Shown piece after piece: positions 46,559-57,054 of a stretch of DNA of 64,000 bases; position 1 is the stretch's first letter; each line of letters begins with the position of its first letter. The notes below the pieces were generated by a model. That model made no database searches, was not told the origin of the DNA, and saw nothing but the letters and a program-made list of their open reading frames with translations. Source of the stretch: Candidatus Eiseniibacteriota bacterium (GTDB lineage: Bacteria; Eisenbacteria; RBG-16-71-46; CAVPCR01); the NCBI GenBank assembly GCA_963702435.1, contig CAVPCR010000005.1, positions 224,001 through 288,000 on the forward strand, read 5' to 3'. The position numbers and the translations under genes were made by a program.

Positions 46559-47334
46559 GGGCGCGGACCCAGGATGAACGCGGCGACCGCCGCAGAGATC
46601 TCGGCGGTGATCTCCGCCTCGCTCCGCCCGGTCCGCTTCGGCACCTTGAACGAGTGATCGCCGTCCGCGATGACGAGGAGACGGTTCGGGGCCGCGAGTC
46701 CGGCCCGCACCGGGGCGAAGAGATCGAGCCGGCAGAGCGCGTCCCGCTCGCCCTGGATGAAGAGGATCGGACAGCGGATCCGGGCGAGGTGCGCGGCGCG
46801 GAGGCGCGAAGGCGCGCCCGCCGGATGCAACGGATAGCCGAGGAGAACGAGACCGGCGAGCTCGGCGGCGGGCGCCGCGTTGCCGGCCGCCGCGTTGCCG
46901 GGCGCCGCGTTGCCGGCCGCCGCCACGCCGGCCGCCGCGTTGCCGGCCGCAGCCACGCCGGCCGCCGCGAGGTGGCTCGCGATCCGCCCGCCCATCGACT
47001 TGCCTCCGGCGAAAAGCGGCCCCGGGCGGAGCTCCGGATGCGCGCCGAGCCACGCGAGCACGGCGCCGTAGGTCGCCTCGAGCTTCTTCTGCGCATCGGG
47101 CACGCCGCGCCCTTCCTCGCGGTACGGGAAGTTGAAGCGCACGACGAGGATCTCGGGCGCGAGCGCCCGCTCGAGGGCGATGAGAAGGGGCGTGTCGAGA
47201 TCACTGCCGGCGCCCGGCGCGAGAACGAGCGCCGGCGTCACGCCGGGACGGAAAGCGGCCGGCCGGTCCGCCGCCACCGTCACGCTGGTTTTCGCGTCAA
47301 TCCGCAGTGTTTCGCGAAGGGGCGGCGGGACCAT
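46555..47334 (-). CDS. Alpha/beta hydrolase (KANL3/Tex30-like)
   Basis: APGAG, RFNFPY, GGKSMGGR, GYPLHP, QGERD, DGDHSF. Confidence 0.85.
   Translation of the reverse strand: MVPPPLRETLRIDAKTSVTVAADRPAAFRPGVTPALVLAPGAGSDLDTPLLIALERALAPEILVVRFNFPYREEGRGVPDAQKKLEATYGAVLAWLGAHPELRPGPLFAGGKSMGGRIASHLAAAGVAAAGNAAAGVAAAGNAAPGNAAAGNAAPAAELAGLVLLGYPLHPAGAPSRLRAAHLARIRCPILFIQGERDALCRLDLFAPVRAGLAAPNRLLVIADGDHSFKVPKRTGRSEAEITAEISAAVAAFILGPRP
46871..46969. repeat. In-frame 15-bp tandem repeat (AAAGV/AAAGN, about six copies) inside the hydrolase
   Basis: Repeated GCCGCGTTGCCGGCC-type units. Confidence 0.8.
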
Positions 47335-47401
47335 CTCTCCTCCGAGGCTGCGGGCCTCACCGGCCCGGGGAACTCATTCCCATTACATGCTTTAGCCGGG
47401 C

Positions 47402-47431
47402 TTGACGTCGAGAGCTAGACATTCGTATAGT
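47402..47431 (+). promoter_or_regulatory. Sigma70 promoter, probably producing a leaderless mRNA
   Basis: TTGACG-N18-TATAGT ending 6 nt before the ATG at 47438; no SD sequence. Confidence 0.6.
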
Positions 47432-47437
47432 CTCCCC

Positions 47438-48478
47438 ATGGCCGCCCCGGTCCTCTTCCCCATCTCCCCGGTGCCGGACCGCCTCCGCGCGAAGCGCGAG
47501 GTCACCTACCACCGCCTCGCCTGCCGCTCGGTCCTCACCCGGAACCCGAACCCCGACTTCCCCTTCTACTGGGGCGTCAATCCGTACCGCGGCTGCGAGA
47601 TCGGCTGCACCTATTGCTACGCCCGCTACACCCACACGTTCATGGACCTCGACGATCCGCTCGACTTCGAGCGGAAGATCTTCGTCAAGGTGAACGCCCC
47701 GGAGGTGCTGGCGCGGACCGTGGATCCGGAGGATCTCCGCGGCCGGCCGGTCGCCATCGGCACTGCGACCGACCCCTATCAACCGGCCGAGCGGCGCTAC
47801 GGTATCACCCGCCGGCTGCTCTCGGCGCTCGCCCCTTGCCCGACCCTCGATCTCTCGATCACGACCAAGTCTGATCTGATCCTCCGCGATCTCGATCTCC
47901 TCGTCGCCATCGCGCGCACCCGCCGGCTCCGCGTCCACATGAGCTTGACGAGCATGGACGCGAGCCTCCTCCGGCGGATCGAGCCGGGAGCGCCGACGCC
48001 CGCGCGGCGGATCGCCACGGTCGCCGCACTCCGCGCCGCCGGCATCGCGGCCGACGTCTACGTGATGCCCATCCTGCCGCGCATCACCGGCGAGGGAGCC
48101 GATCTCGACCGCCTCTTCGCCGCCGCCCGCGCCGCCGGCGCCGGCCACGTCGCGGCGACCCTCCTCCACCTGCGCACGATTCCGCGCCGTCGCTTCTTTC
48201 CCTTCCTCGCCGCCGAGTTCCCGGAGCTCCTGGCGTGGTACCGCGCGGCGTATCGGCGCTCGGCGTTCCTCCGCGGTCCGCTGCGGGACGAGATCGTCGC
48301 CCGCGTGCGCCGGCTGCGCGCCCGCTACGGGATCACGAGCGCGGGGTGCAATGACGAACCGCGTTCGCCCGCCCGTGTGGCGGCCGACGACCAGCTCGCG
48401 TTCTCGTGGGCGCGCAGCGGGCCCGGCGCGGGGCGCCGCAGATCTAGCGCGGCGCCGCGGGCGGCGTGCCGGCGGTGA
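47438..48478 (+). CDS. Rv2578c/SplB-like radical SAM protein (DNA-repair associated)
   Basis: NPYRGCEIGCTYCYAR, GTATDPYQPAE, TTKS, EPGAPTP. Confidence 0.88.
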   Translation: MAAPVLFPISPVPDRLRAKREVTYHRLACRSVLTRNPNPDFPFYWGVNPYRGCEIGCTYCYARYTHTFMDLDDPLDFERKIFVKVNAPEVLARTVDPEDLRGRPVAIGTATDPYQPAERRYGITRRLLSALAPCPTLDLSITTKSDLILRDLDLLVAIARTRRLRVHMSLTSMDASLLRRIEPGAPTPARRIATVAALRAAGIAADVYVMPILPRITGEGADLDRLFAAARAAGAGHVAATLLHLRTIPRRRFFPFLAAEFPELLAWYRAAYRRSAFLRGPLRDEIVARVRRLRARYGITSAGCNDEPRSPARVAADDQLAFSWARSGPGAGRRRSSAAPRAACRR

Positions 48479-49445
48479 GCTCCCGGAAGCGCGCGTTCGC
48501 GCGGAGCGACTCGAAGTCCGGGTCGCCGGCCGCGCGCGGCGCGAGCGCCTGGTCGCGGGCGATCGCCTCGGCGAGGCGCGAGAGCGCCTCGTCGCTCCGC
48601 CCGGCCCGCGCCAGGTAGCACGCGCTGTGGTAGTAGCCCTCGCCGCTCGCCGGATCGAGGGCGATCGCCTCCGCGCCGCGCGCGATCGCCTCGTCGTAGC
48701 GCTTCTCCTCGACCAGGAGGTAGCCCTCGAGGATGAGCGCATTCGGGAGCCACATCGCGAAGAGCCGGCGAAGCTCGGCGATCGGGGTCGCGTGGTCGTC
48801 CACGCGCAGATCGCAGTAGCGATCGTTGAACCCGCCGTAGCCGCCCTGCGCGCGCACGATGAGGAGCGCAGCCGACTGCTGCCCCCGCGAATCGCCACCC
48901 GCTGCCTGGCCGGCTTCGAGCGCGGCGAGGAGCCGCCCGCCGAGGTGCCCTCGCGCCTCGAGGAGAGCATTCTCCATGGCGAGGACGACCGGCTCGCCGG
49001 CGAGGATGTTCCCCTGGACCGCGTAATCGGGGCCGCTCCGGTGTCCGGCCCAGGCCTGGCACTTGCGTCCCGTGGCCGCCGCCGAGCGCCCGGTCCCATC
49101 CACGATCCCGACCTGTCGCTGGTCGCGATCCGGATCGGAAGCGAGCAAGGAGTCGAGCACCGCGGCCGGAGCGAGGCCGCGCGCGAGGAGATCGAGAGCA
49201 CGCGGGCCATAGGTGGTGTTGGCGAAGGCCTGCGTCGCGACGGCGCCGACGCCGGCGCGCGCCCAGGGCACGACCGCGCCCACCGCGAAGAACTTGCTCT
49301 GGACCGCGATCCCCAGGTCGCCCGTCGCCGGATCGCGCGCCACGATCGAGAAGGTGGCGACCGGCTCGGCCGCTGCGGCCCCTGTCGAGCAGGCAACCTG
49401 GAGTACCAGCACGAGCAGCCCGCCGCCACGACGCAACCGCTTCAT
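48444..49445 (-). CDS. DUF1028 (Ntn-hydrolase-like) secreted protein with C-terminal TPR
   Basis: [43 protein letters not shown]. Confidence 0.88.
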   Translation of the reverse strand: MKRLRRGGGLLVLVLQVACSTGAAAAEPVATFSIVARDPATGDLGIAVQSKFFAVGAVVPWARAGVGAVATQAFANTTYGPRALDLLARGLAPAAVLDSLLASDPDRDQRQVGIVDGTGRSAAATGRKCQAWAGHRSGPDYAVQGNILAGEPVVLAMENALLEARGHLGGRLLAALEAGQAAGGDSRGQQSAALLIVRAQGGYGGFNDRYCDLRVDDHATPIAELRRLFAMWLPNALILEGYLLVEEKRYDEAIARGAEAIALDPASGEGYYHSACYLARAGRSDEALSRLAEAIARDQALAPRAAGDPDFESLRANARFRELTAGTPPAAPR

Positions 49446-51490
49446 GACGACGCCTCTCCTCCCCGCACCTCGCGCGCAAGAGCGATCACCCGCTCGACCG
49501 TGAAGCCGAACTGATCGGCGAGCGCCGCAGCGGGAGCCGAGGCGCCGAAGTGATCGATGCCGTGGACTGCGCCGCGCGGCCCGATCCAGCGCTCCCAGCC
49601 GAGGCGCGCTCCCGCCTCGACCGCGACGCGCGCGCCCACGGCCAGCGGGAGCACCGCCTCGCGATACGCGGCCGGCTGCGCGGCGAAGAGCTCCCACGAC
49701 GGGAAGCTCACCACCCGCGCGGCGACTCCCGCGGACTCGAGCTCCGCCGCGGCGGCGACGAGGAGATGCACTTCCGACCCCGATCCCATCAGGATGAGCT
49801 CGGGAGCGCCGCCCCGCGCTTCGCGGAGCACGTAGGCTCCGCGCTCGAGCACACCCTCCGGCGCCGCGCGCCCGCGATCGAGCACCGGCAGATCCTGCCG
49901 CGACAGGATGAACGCGACCGGGCCCCGGCCGGGACCGAGCGCGCACCGCCACGCGGCGACCGTCTCGACCGCATCGGCCGGCCGCAACACGGTGAGGTCG
50001 GGTATGACGCGGAGGCTCGTCAGCTGCTCGATCGGCTGGTGCGTCGGGCCGTCCTCGCCGACGAAGATCGAGTCATGCGTGAAGACGTAGACGACGCGGA
50101 GCCCCATCAGCGCGGCGAGCCGGATCGACGGCCGCATGTAGTCGGAGAAGACGAGAAAGGTGGATCCGAAGACGCGGAACCCGCCGTGCACGGCGAGCCC
50201 GTTCAGGATGCCGCCCATCGCGTGCTCGCGCACGCCGAAGTGGATGTTTCGTCCGCTCATGTTCGCGCGCGCCACCGAGCCGCCGCCCTCGATCAGGGTC
50301 TTGTTCGAGCTCGCGAGATCGGCCGAACCGCCGATCAGGTTCGGGATGCGCCGGGCGAGCGCCTGCAGCGCCTTGTGCGATGCGTTGCGGGTAGCCACGC
50401 CCTTCTCGCCGGGGGCGAACGCCGGCAGGTCCGCGTCCCAGTCGGCGGGCAGATCCCCCGCGTGCCAGCGGCTGAACTCGGCGGCCCGCCCCGCATCGGC
50501 AACGCCGTAGGCCGCGAAGCGATCGCACCACTCCGTGTAGGCCATTCCCCATTCCTTGCGCAGCTCATCGAACAGCTGCGTGACGAGGTCCGGCACCAGG
50601 AAACGCGCGTCCTCGGGCCAGTCGATGTTGAGCTTGGTGAGCTCCACTTCCCTGGCGCCGAGCGGGGCGCCATGGGCCGCGGCGGTGTCCTGCTTGTTGG
50701 GGCTCCCGTGCGCGATGTGGGTGCGCGCGATGATGAGCGACGGGCGATCGATCTCGGCGCGCGCCGCCTCGATCGCCGTGGCGATGGCGAGGAGGTCGTG
50801 CCCGTCGATCCGCTGCACGTGCCAGCCGTAGGCCTCGAAGCGCTTGCCGGTGTCCTCGCTCAGGCAGAGCTCGGTCGGACCGTCGATCGTGATCCGGTTG
50901 TCGTCGTAGAAGTAGATGAGCCGCCCGAGCCCGAGATGGCCGGCGAGGGAGGCCGCCTCGGCGGCGACCCCCTCCATGATGTCGCCGTCGGAGAGGATGG
51001 CGTACACGAAGTGATCGATGATCGTATGGCCCTCGACGTTGAATCGCGAAGCCAGCATCCGCTCGGCGAGCGCCATGCCGACCCCGTTGGCGAAGCCTTG
51101 CCCGAGCGGCCCGGTCGTCACCTCGACGCCCGGCGTGTGGCCGTACTCGGGATGTCCCGGCGTGCGGCTGCCGAGCTGGCGGAAGCGCTTGAGCTCGTCC
51201 AGGCTCACGTCGTAGCCCGAGAGATGGAGGAGCGCGTAGAGCAGCATCGAACCGTGCCCGGCCGAGAGCACGAAGCGATCGCGGTCGGCCCACCCGGGAT
51301 GCGCCGGATCGTGCTTCAGGAAGCGCGTGAAGAGCACGTAGGCGTACTCGGCCGCCCCCATCGGCATGCCGGGGTGACCCGACTGCGCCTGCTCGACCGC
51401 GTCCATCGCCAGGGTCTTGATCGTGTTGATGACCAGGCGGTCGAGACGCTCCTCTTCGGGATCGCGCGTAATGGCAGGTTGTGTGGCCAT
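49442..51490 (-). CDS. tkt: Transketolase
   Basis: [52 protein letters not shown]. Confidence 0.96.
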   Translation of the reverse strand: MATQPAITRDPEEERLDRLVINTIKTLAMDAVEQAQSGHPGMPMGAAEYAYVLFTRFLKHDPAHPGWADRDRFVLSAGHGSMLLYALLHLSGYDVSLDELKRFRQLGSRTPGHPEYGHTPGVEVTTGPLGQGFANGVGMALAERMLASRFNVEGHTIIDHFVYAILSDGDIMEGVAAEAASLAGHLGLGRLIYFYDDNRITIDGPTELCLSEDTGKRFEAYGWHVQRIDGHDLLAIATAIEAARAEIDRPSLIIARTHIAHGSPNKQDTAAAHGAPLGAREVELTKLNIDWPEDARFLVPDLVTQLFDELRKEWGMAYTEWCDRFAAYGVADAGRAAEFSRWHAGDLPADWDADLPAFAPGEKGVATRNASHKALQALARRIPNLIGGSADLASSNKTLIEGGGSVARANMSGRNIHFGVREHAMGGILNGLAVHGGFRVFGSTFLVFSDYMRPSIRLAALMGLRVVYVFTHDSIFVGEDGPTHQPIEQLTSLRVIPDLTVLRPADAVETVAAWRCALGPGRGPVAFILSRQDLPVLDRGRAAPEGVLERGAYVLREARGGAPELILMGSGSEVHLLVAAAAELESAGVAARVVSFPSWELFAAQPAAYREAVLPLAVGARVAVEAGARLGWERWIGPRGAVHGIDHFGASAPAAALADQFGFTVERVIALAREVRGGEASS

Positions 51491-51784
51491 CTCGTCTCCG
51501 ACTGGGGTCGCGGTCCGCGTCGGGTCAGGGTGGGAGCGAGGCGGCGTCCGTGCCGCCGCCACGTGCGGGCGGGGTATCCTAGCACCTGCCCGCGGCGGGG
51601 CTCAAGGCAAGCGGGACCTCGCCGCAGCTCGAGAAACGGCGGCCTCGACCCCGGCCCCTCCGCCGCGCGGGCAGCGGGCCCCGCGCCCCTGCCGCCTTTC
51701 GGTTGCGCGCGACGGCACGCCGTCCTAGGCTTGACGCGAAGCGCACGGGCGCCGGTGCCCCAGGACTCCAACCCCGAAGCCATC

Positions 51785-52915
51785 ATGATCATGAAGCTCG
51801 AACCGGGACGGGACGGCCGGGAGCGGAAGGGCCGGGCGTCCGCGCAGTCGCCGCTCGGCACGCTCCTCGCCGCGCACGCGGTCCCCGGCGAGCTCTACGA
51901 ACCGATGGCGGGCCGTCCGGGCTGGGTCGGCTGCTACGCCTGCGGTCACCTCTGCCGCATCCCGCCCGGCCGCGATGGGATCTGCCGCGTGCGGACCAAC
52001 CGGGATGGCGTCCTCCACGTGCCTGACGGCTACGTCGCCGCGGTCGCCGTCGACCCGATCGAGAAGAAGCCCTTCTATCACGCGCTGCCCGGGAGCGCCG
52101 CGCTCTCCTTCGGCATGCTCGGCTGCGACTATCACTGCAGCTACTGCCAGAACTGGATCACCTCGCAGGCGCTCCGCGATCCGGACGCGATGGCATCCCC
52201 CGAGCCGATCACGGCCGAGAAGCTCGTCGAGCTCGCCGTCCGGCACGGCGCCCCGGTCATCACCTCCACGTACAACGAGCCGCTGATCACGAGCGAATGG
52301 GCGGTCAAGGTGCTCCGCCGGGCGAAGGAGCGGGGCCTCCTTGGCGCCTACGTCTCGAACGGCAACGCTACTCCGCGGGTCCTCGATTACCTGCGGCCGT
52401 GGGTGGATCTTTACAAGGTGGACCTGAAGGGGTTCGACGACCGGCGCTACCGCGAGCTCGGCGGCCTTCTCGCGACCGTCCTCGATACGATCGTCGGGCT
52501 CAAGGAACGCGGCTTCTGGGTCGAGGTGGTCACCCTGGTCGTCCCCGGCTTCAATGATTCGGAGGCGGAGCTCAACGGGATCGCCCGCTTCCTCGCCGGA
52601 GTGGATCGCGACATCCCGTGGCATGTGACCGCCTTCCACGAGAACTACAAGATGGCCGATCGCGGCGACACGACCATCCGCTCCCTCCTCGCCGCGGCCG
52701 AGATCGGCCGCGCCGCGGGGTTGCGCTACGTGTACGCCGGGAACCGGCCCGGCCTGGTCGGGAATCTCGAGAACACGACCTGCCCCGGCTGCGGAGTCCT
52801 CCTCATCGAGCGCTTTGGTTTCCACGTCAGCTCCAATCGCATCGCGGACGGACGCTGCCCCGACTGCCATACGTCGATCGCCGGGGTGTGGTCGCTCCCG
52901 AGACGGCAGGGATGA
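51785..52915 (+). CDS. amrS: AmmeMemoRadiSam system radical SAM enzyme
   Basis: DPIEKKPFYH, GCDYHCSYCQNW, TYNEP, VSNG, YVYAGN, C-terminal TTCPGC...CPDC. Confidence 0.9.
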   Translation: MIMKLEPGRDGRERKGRASAQSPLGTLLAAHAVPGELYEPMAGRPGWVGCYACGHLCRIPPGRDGICRVRTNRDGVLHVPDGYVAAVAVDPIEKKPFYHALPGSAALSFGMLGCDYHCSYCQNWITSQALRDPDAMASPEPITAEKLVELAVRHGAPVITSTYNEPLITSEWAVKVLRRAKERGLLGAYVSNGNATPRVLDYLRPWVDLYKVDLKGFDDRRYRELGGLLATVLDTIVGLKERGFWVEVVTLVVPGFNDSEAELNGIARFLAGVDRDIPWHVTAFHENYKMADRGDTTIRSLLAAAEIGRAAGLRYVYAGNRPGLVGNLENTTCPGCGVLLIERFGFHVSSNRIADGRCPDCHTSIAGVWSLPRRQG

Positions 52916-53532
52916 GCGTGGCGCAGCTCTCGCTCTTCGCGGTGAAGGTCCCCCCGACCACCACCGCGCACGGAGAGGATGCTCCGCCCGGCCCCGACCT
53001 GGTCGCCACCGGCCCCCTCCGCCAGCACCCCCGCGGCGCGACCGTGATGACCCAGGTCCGCTACGTCCGGCGCTTCTTCCCCGAGCTCGACGGCGAGATG
53101 CTCAAGGTCGGCCTCACGCGGAGCGCGGCCGGGCTCGCCGAGATCGAGGGGAAGAAGCTCTGGCTCAATCCGCACCGGCTCGCGCTGCACACGATCGCCC
53201 ACGAGCTCGTGCACCTCCTGCAGGGGCGCGGCCTCGTACCGGGCGGCGAGCGGAGCGCCGATCTCTACGCGCTCGCCCGCGACGTGACGCTGGTCGACCG
53301 GCTCCCGCACTACCTCGAGGTCCCGGCCCGGCTCGCCGGCCCGCGCGGCGACTGGCTCCGCCCCGGCGTCGCGTCCGAGCTGCATCGGCTGGCTGCCGCC
53401 GCCCTCGAGCGGCGGGCGGCCGGGCGGCGCCAGTACCTGGCGTGGTTCGAACGCGCGGCCGCCGAGATCCGACCGCAACGAACGAGGTCCGCATGGCACC
53501 CGCAGTGGATGATCGACCTCTTCCGCCCCTGA
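52912..53532 (+). CDS. Hypothetical protein with HExxH zincin-like motif
   Basis: HTIAHELVHLLQ...GERSADLYALAR; ATGA-coupled to amrS. Confidence 0.65.
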   Translation: MSVAQLSLFAVKVPPTTTAHGEDAPPGPDLVATGPLRQHPRGATVMTQVRYVRRFFPELDGEMLKVGLTRSAAGLAEIEGKKLWLNPHRLALHTIAHELVHLLQGRGLVPGGERSADLYALARDVTLVDRLPHYLEVPARLAGPRGDWLRPGVASELHRLAAAALERRAAGRRQYLAWFERAAAEIRPQRTRSAWHPQWMIDLFRP

Positions 53533-54146
53533 TCGACGTGAGCCCGGCGCTCTCGCCGGCGACCGCGGTGTGGCCCGGGGACACGCCGCTTTCGATCGCA
53601 TGGGCGGAGCGAGTCGAGCGCGGCGGGAGCTCGAACCTGGCGACGATCACGCTCACGCCGCACCTCGGCGCACACGTCGACGCGCCGCTCCATCTCTTCG
53701 CCGGCGGGGCCGATGTCGCGGCGCTCGAGCTCGCGACCTTCATCGGCCCGGCCACGGTCGTCGACCTCGCGGGCGCCGCCGCCGTCGACGCGCCGGCGCT
53801 CGCCCGGCTCGACCTCCGCGGGATCGAACGGCTCATCCTCCGCACGCGGAGCGGTCCGGCGCCGGCCGCCTTCTCGCCGCACTACGCGCCCCTCACCCCG
53901 GCGGCGGCGGAGCTCCTGGTCGCCGCGCGGATCCGTATCATCGGCATCGACGCCCCGTCCGTGGATGCGGCGGATGCCGCCGACCTGCCCGTGCACCGCC
54001 GCCTCCTCGGCGGCGGCGTCGTGATCCTCGAGGGGCTCGAGCTGGGCGCGGTGCCGGCGGGCCGCTACGAGCTGATCGCGCTTCCGCTCAGGCTCTCCGG
54101 TGTCGAGGCATCGCCGGTGCGGGCGGTCCTCCGCCCGCTCGGTTGA
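53493..54146 (+). CDS. Cyclase family protein / kynurenine formamidase (KynB-like)
   Basis: VWPGD, HLGAHVDAPLH, GIDAPSVD, ILEGL, ASPVRAVL; start uncertain. Confidence 0.82.
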   Translation: MAPAVDDRPLPPLIDVSPALSPATAVWPGDTPLSIAWAERVERGGSSNLATITLTPHLGAHVDAPLHLFAGGADVAALELATFIGPATVVDLAGAAAVDAPALARLDLRGIERLILRTRSGPAPAAFSPHYAPLTPAAAELLVAARIRIIGIDAPSVDAADAADLPVHRRLLGGGVVILEGLELGAVPAGRYELIALPLRLSGVEASPVRAVLRPLG

Positions 54147-54230
54147 CCGTCCGTTGACCGCGGGGACCGGAGCGCGTTACGGTCTTCGCACGGCCATCCC
54201 TCGAGTCCACGGATCACGGAGGCAAGTCCC

Positions 54231-54833
54231 ATGAAGCGGCGCGAGTTCCTCATGCGAGTCACGATCGGCGGCGCCACGTTGCCGCTCCTGTTCACCGAGA
54301 TCGGCTGCAGCGACGACGGCGGCGGCGGCCCCGACGGCGGCGTCGAGACCTTCACGTCACTTCCGGATCAGACTGCGCACACGCACACGATCGCGATCCC
54401 GGATGCCGACATCGCCGCCGGCGGTGCGCACACGTACGACACGAGCAGCGCGAGCGGGCACACCCACCGGGTGACGTTCGAGGACAGCGACGTCGACTAC
54501 CTGGCCGTGGGCTGCGCGGTGACCACGGAGTCCTCCGAGAACTCCGGGCACCGGCACGTGTGGCGCGTGACGTACCCGGATCTGGCTTCCGACATCACGA
54601 AGACGTCATCCCTCAACTCGGGCCATACGCATCGGGTGACCGTTCCCGCCGCCGACTTGAGCCAGCCGGCCGGGGTCCGCAACTACACGACGGAGAGCGC
54701 GAACGGCCACACCCACGAGATCACGCTCACCCAGTTCCAGCTCCTCGAGCTCTCGGAGTGCGATGCGGTCACCGTGGACACCAATCCGGACGGGACCGGC
54801 CACCTGCACTCCTTCATCCTCGAGCGGCCATAG
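54231..54833 (+). CDS. Tat-exported His-rich (HxH repeat) lipoprotein, putative metal-binding
   Basis: MKRREFL twin-arginine signal, IGC lipobox, six HxH motifs in two tandem modules. Confidence 0.75.
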   Translation: MKRREFLMRVTIGGATLPLLFTEIGCSDDGGGGPDGGVETFTSLPDQTAHTHTIAIPDADIAAGGAHTYDTSSASGHTHRVTFEDSDVDYLAVGCAVTTESSENSGHRHVWRVTYPDLASDITKTSSLNSGHTHRVTVPAADLSQPAGVRNYTTESANGHTHEITLTQFQLLELSECDAVTVDTNPDGTGHLHSFILERP

Positions 54834-54861
54834 CGCGAACGGCAGCCGTCCGGGCAAGCGA

Positions 54862-54895
54862 AAGGGGGAAGAGCCAGCGCGGGCTCTTCCCCCTT
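54862..54895. terminator. Bidirectional intrinsic terminator
   Basis: 14-bp perfect stem AAGGGGGAAGAGCC/GGCTCTTCCCCCTT between convergent genes. Confidence 0.75.
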
Positions 54896-54934
54896 CTCGT
54901 GCCGTGCCCGGACGTAACGGGCCGCTGCTGCGTG

Positions 54935-55495
54935 CTACCAGTAGAGGGTCGCCAGGATCGACGACGTGCCGCTCGAGAACGACGACTCGCCCTGATAGGT
55001 CACCGGCTGACCGTCGACCGAACCCTGCCAGTCGCCGTCCTGCTGCCAGGTGAGGCCGATGTTCCCGCCGATCGAGAGCGACTCGACGACGAAGGCCTCG
55101 ACGCCGAAGTAGCCGCGAACGGCGTAGGAGGTGTCGTAGCTCGAACCCTGGTCGTACAGGTTCATCTGCGCGCCGAAGTACGGGGCGAACATGTTGTTCG
55201 AGATGGAGCCCAGGTAGCGGCTGACGCCGGTCTGGAACTGCCAGCTCGTGTTCGAGTCCGACTCCAGGGTCTCGCCGGCGATCTCCAGCTGCTCCGGCTG
55301 GTTGTTGATGAAGCCCGCGCCGATGTTGAACTTGGTCATGTCGGCGATGTTCCACCCGAAGAGGATCACGGGCGAATCCGGATTCGCTTCGAAGGACAGA
55401 GACATCGGGCCCTTGCCGGTCATGGTCGGGGCAGCCATCGCCGCGCCCACGAGGCCGAGGCTCAGAGCGACCGTGAGGAAGATGCCTTTGGTCAT
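54935..55495 (-). CDS. Small outer-membrane beta-barrel protein
   Basis: Signal peptide, alternating beta strands, PYFGA, FGVEAFV, C-terminal aromatic LYW. Confidence 0.78.
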   Translation of the reverse strand: MTKGIFLTVALSLGLVGAAMAAPTMTGKGPMSLSFEANPDSPVILFGWNIADMTKFNIGAGFINNQPEQLEIAGETLESDSNTSWQFQTGVSRYLGSISNNMFAPYFGAQMNLYDQGSSYDTSYAVRGYFGVEAFVVESLSIGGNIGLTWQQDGDWQGSVDGQPVTYQGESSFSSGTSSILATLYW

Positions 55496-55779
55496 TTTCT
55501 ACTCCATTGCGTGTCGGGGCACCGCCCGACTCCCGACCCGCATGCCGCGGGCGGTATTCCTGTCTCGAGCCCGGCTCGCGGCGCGTGGCGCGCCGGGCCG
55601 GACGTGAACGAGGGGAGGAATCGCGGCAAGCCTCTGCCGCGGATTCCGCGCTGCCCCCGGGAGACTGGATCGGCAGGTCGGCGGATCGGCTTGAGCCGAG
55701 TTGAGGAGAAAATGAGGCAGTGGCCGCGCGGTGGGCGTAACCCAAGGCAGGACAAGAGGCTACGGGGCCGGGAGAGCGG

Positions 55780-56907
55780 CTAACGGCGGGGCGCGGCGCG
55801 GCGCCGCGGCCGGGGTGACGTTCCGGCGGCAGTCGTGACGGCCGCCTGGCGCAGCCAGTGGTCGGCGAGCACGAGGAGCACCATGGCCTCGACGATCGGC
55901 ACCGCGCGCGGCAAGACGCACGGATCGTGACGGCCGCGACCGCGCAGCGTCGCGGCGCGCCCCGCGCGATTCACCGTCTCCTGGGGCAGCGCGATCGTGG
56001 CCGTGGGCTTGAAGGCGACGCGGATCAGGATGTCCTCGCCGTTCGAGATGCCTCCCTGCACCCCACCCGAGCGGTTGGTGCGCGTGCGGACGCGGCCGTG
56101 TTCGGTGTAGAAGGGATCGTTGTGCTCGGAGCCGAGGAGCAGCGTGCCGGCGAATCCGGATCCGATCTCGAAGCCCTTGGTCGCGGGGAGCGACATCACC
56201 GCCTTGGCGAGGTCCGCCTCGAGCTTGTCGAAGACCGGCTCGCCGAGACCGGGAGGAACGCCGCGCGCCACGCATTCGATGACGCCGCCGACCGAATCGC
56301 CGCGCTTCTGCACGCGCTCGATGAGACGGATCATCTTCGCGGCCGCCTCCGGATCGGGGCAGCGCACGGGAGTCGCCTCGATCTGCGCGCGCGTCACTCG
56401 CCCCGGAGCGATGGCGAGGGCGAGGACCCGCTCGATGCGCTTCACATAGGCGAGGACCTCGACGCCCGCAGCGCCGAGGAACCGGCGCGCGACGGCGGCG
56501 GCGGCCACCCGGCCGATCGTCTCGCGGGCGCTCGCGCGACCGCCGCCCGCCACGGCGCGAATCCCGTACTTGGCCTCGTAGGTGTAGTCGGCGTGCGAGG
56601 GGCGGAAGACGGTGCGCAGTTCGTCATAGTCCTGGGGCCGCGAGTCCTCGTTCCGGACGAGGAGCGCGATCGGCGTGCCGAGCGTGAGGCCGTTCTCCAC
56701 ACCGGAGAGGATCTCCACGCGATCGGCCTCCGCGCGGGCCGAGACGAGGCGGCTCTGCCCGGGGCGGCGCCGATCGAGCTCCGCCTGGATGTCGGCGGCG
56801 GCGAGCGGCAACCGCGGCGGGCAGCCGTCGATGACGACGCCGACGCCGGGGCCGTGCGACTCGCCGAACGTCGTGATCCGGAAGAGCGTGCCGAGGGAGC
56901 TCGCCAA
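55780..56907 (-). CDS. aroC: Chorismate synthase
   Basis: [55 protein letters not shown] before TTG. Confidence 0.96.
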   Translation of the reverse strand: MASSLGTLFRITTFGESHGPGVGVVIDGCPPRLPLAAADIQAELDRRRPGQSRLVSARAEADRVEILSGVENGLTLGTPIALLVRNEDSRPQDYDELRTVFRPSHADYTYEAKYGIRAVAGGGRASARETIGRVAAAAVARRFLGAAGVEVLAYVKRIERVLALAIAPGRVTRAQIEATPVRCPDPEAAAKMIRLIERVQKRGDSVGGVIECVARGVPPGLGEPVFDKLEADLAKAVMSLPATKGFEIGSGFAGTLLLGSEHNDPFYTEHGRVRTRTNRSGGVQGGISNGEDILIRVAFKPTATIALPQETVNRAGRAATLRGRGRHDPCVLPRAVPIVEAMVLLVLADHWLRQAAVTTAAGTSPRPRRRAAPRR

Positions 56908-57054
56908 GGTTGACCTCCAGGCGCCTGCCGGGTCGGCGCGATGGCATCCTATCACCCGCGGGACACCTGCGGGCGGCCGCGGGTCCGCCGCGCGCCCCGG
57001 CAGGGCATGATAGAATTGGAGTTCTTCTCAACCTCAATGTGGAGATCCAGACCC

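Noticed and set aside
49550..51784. Long N-terminal extension of amrS (1121-aa ORF)
   Set aside because: It overlaps transketolase on the opposite strand; recognisable AmrS sequence starts only near 51785.
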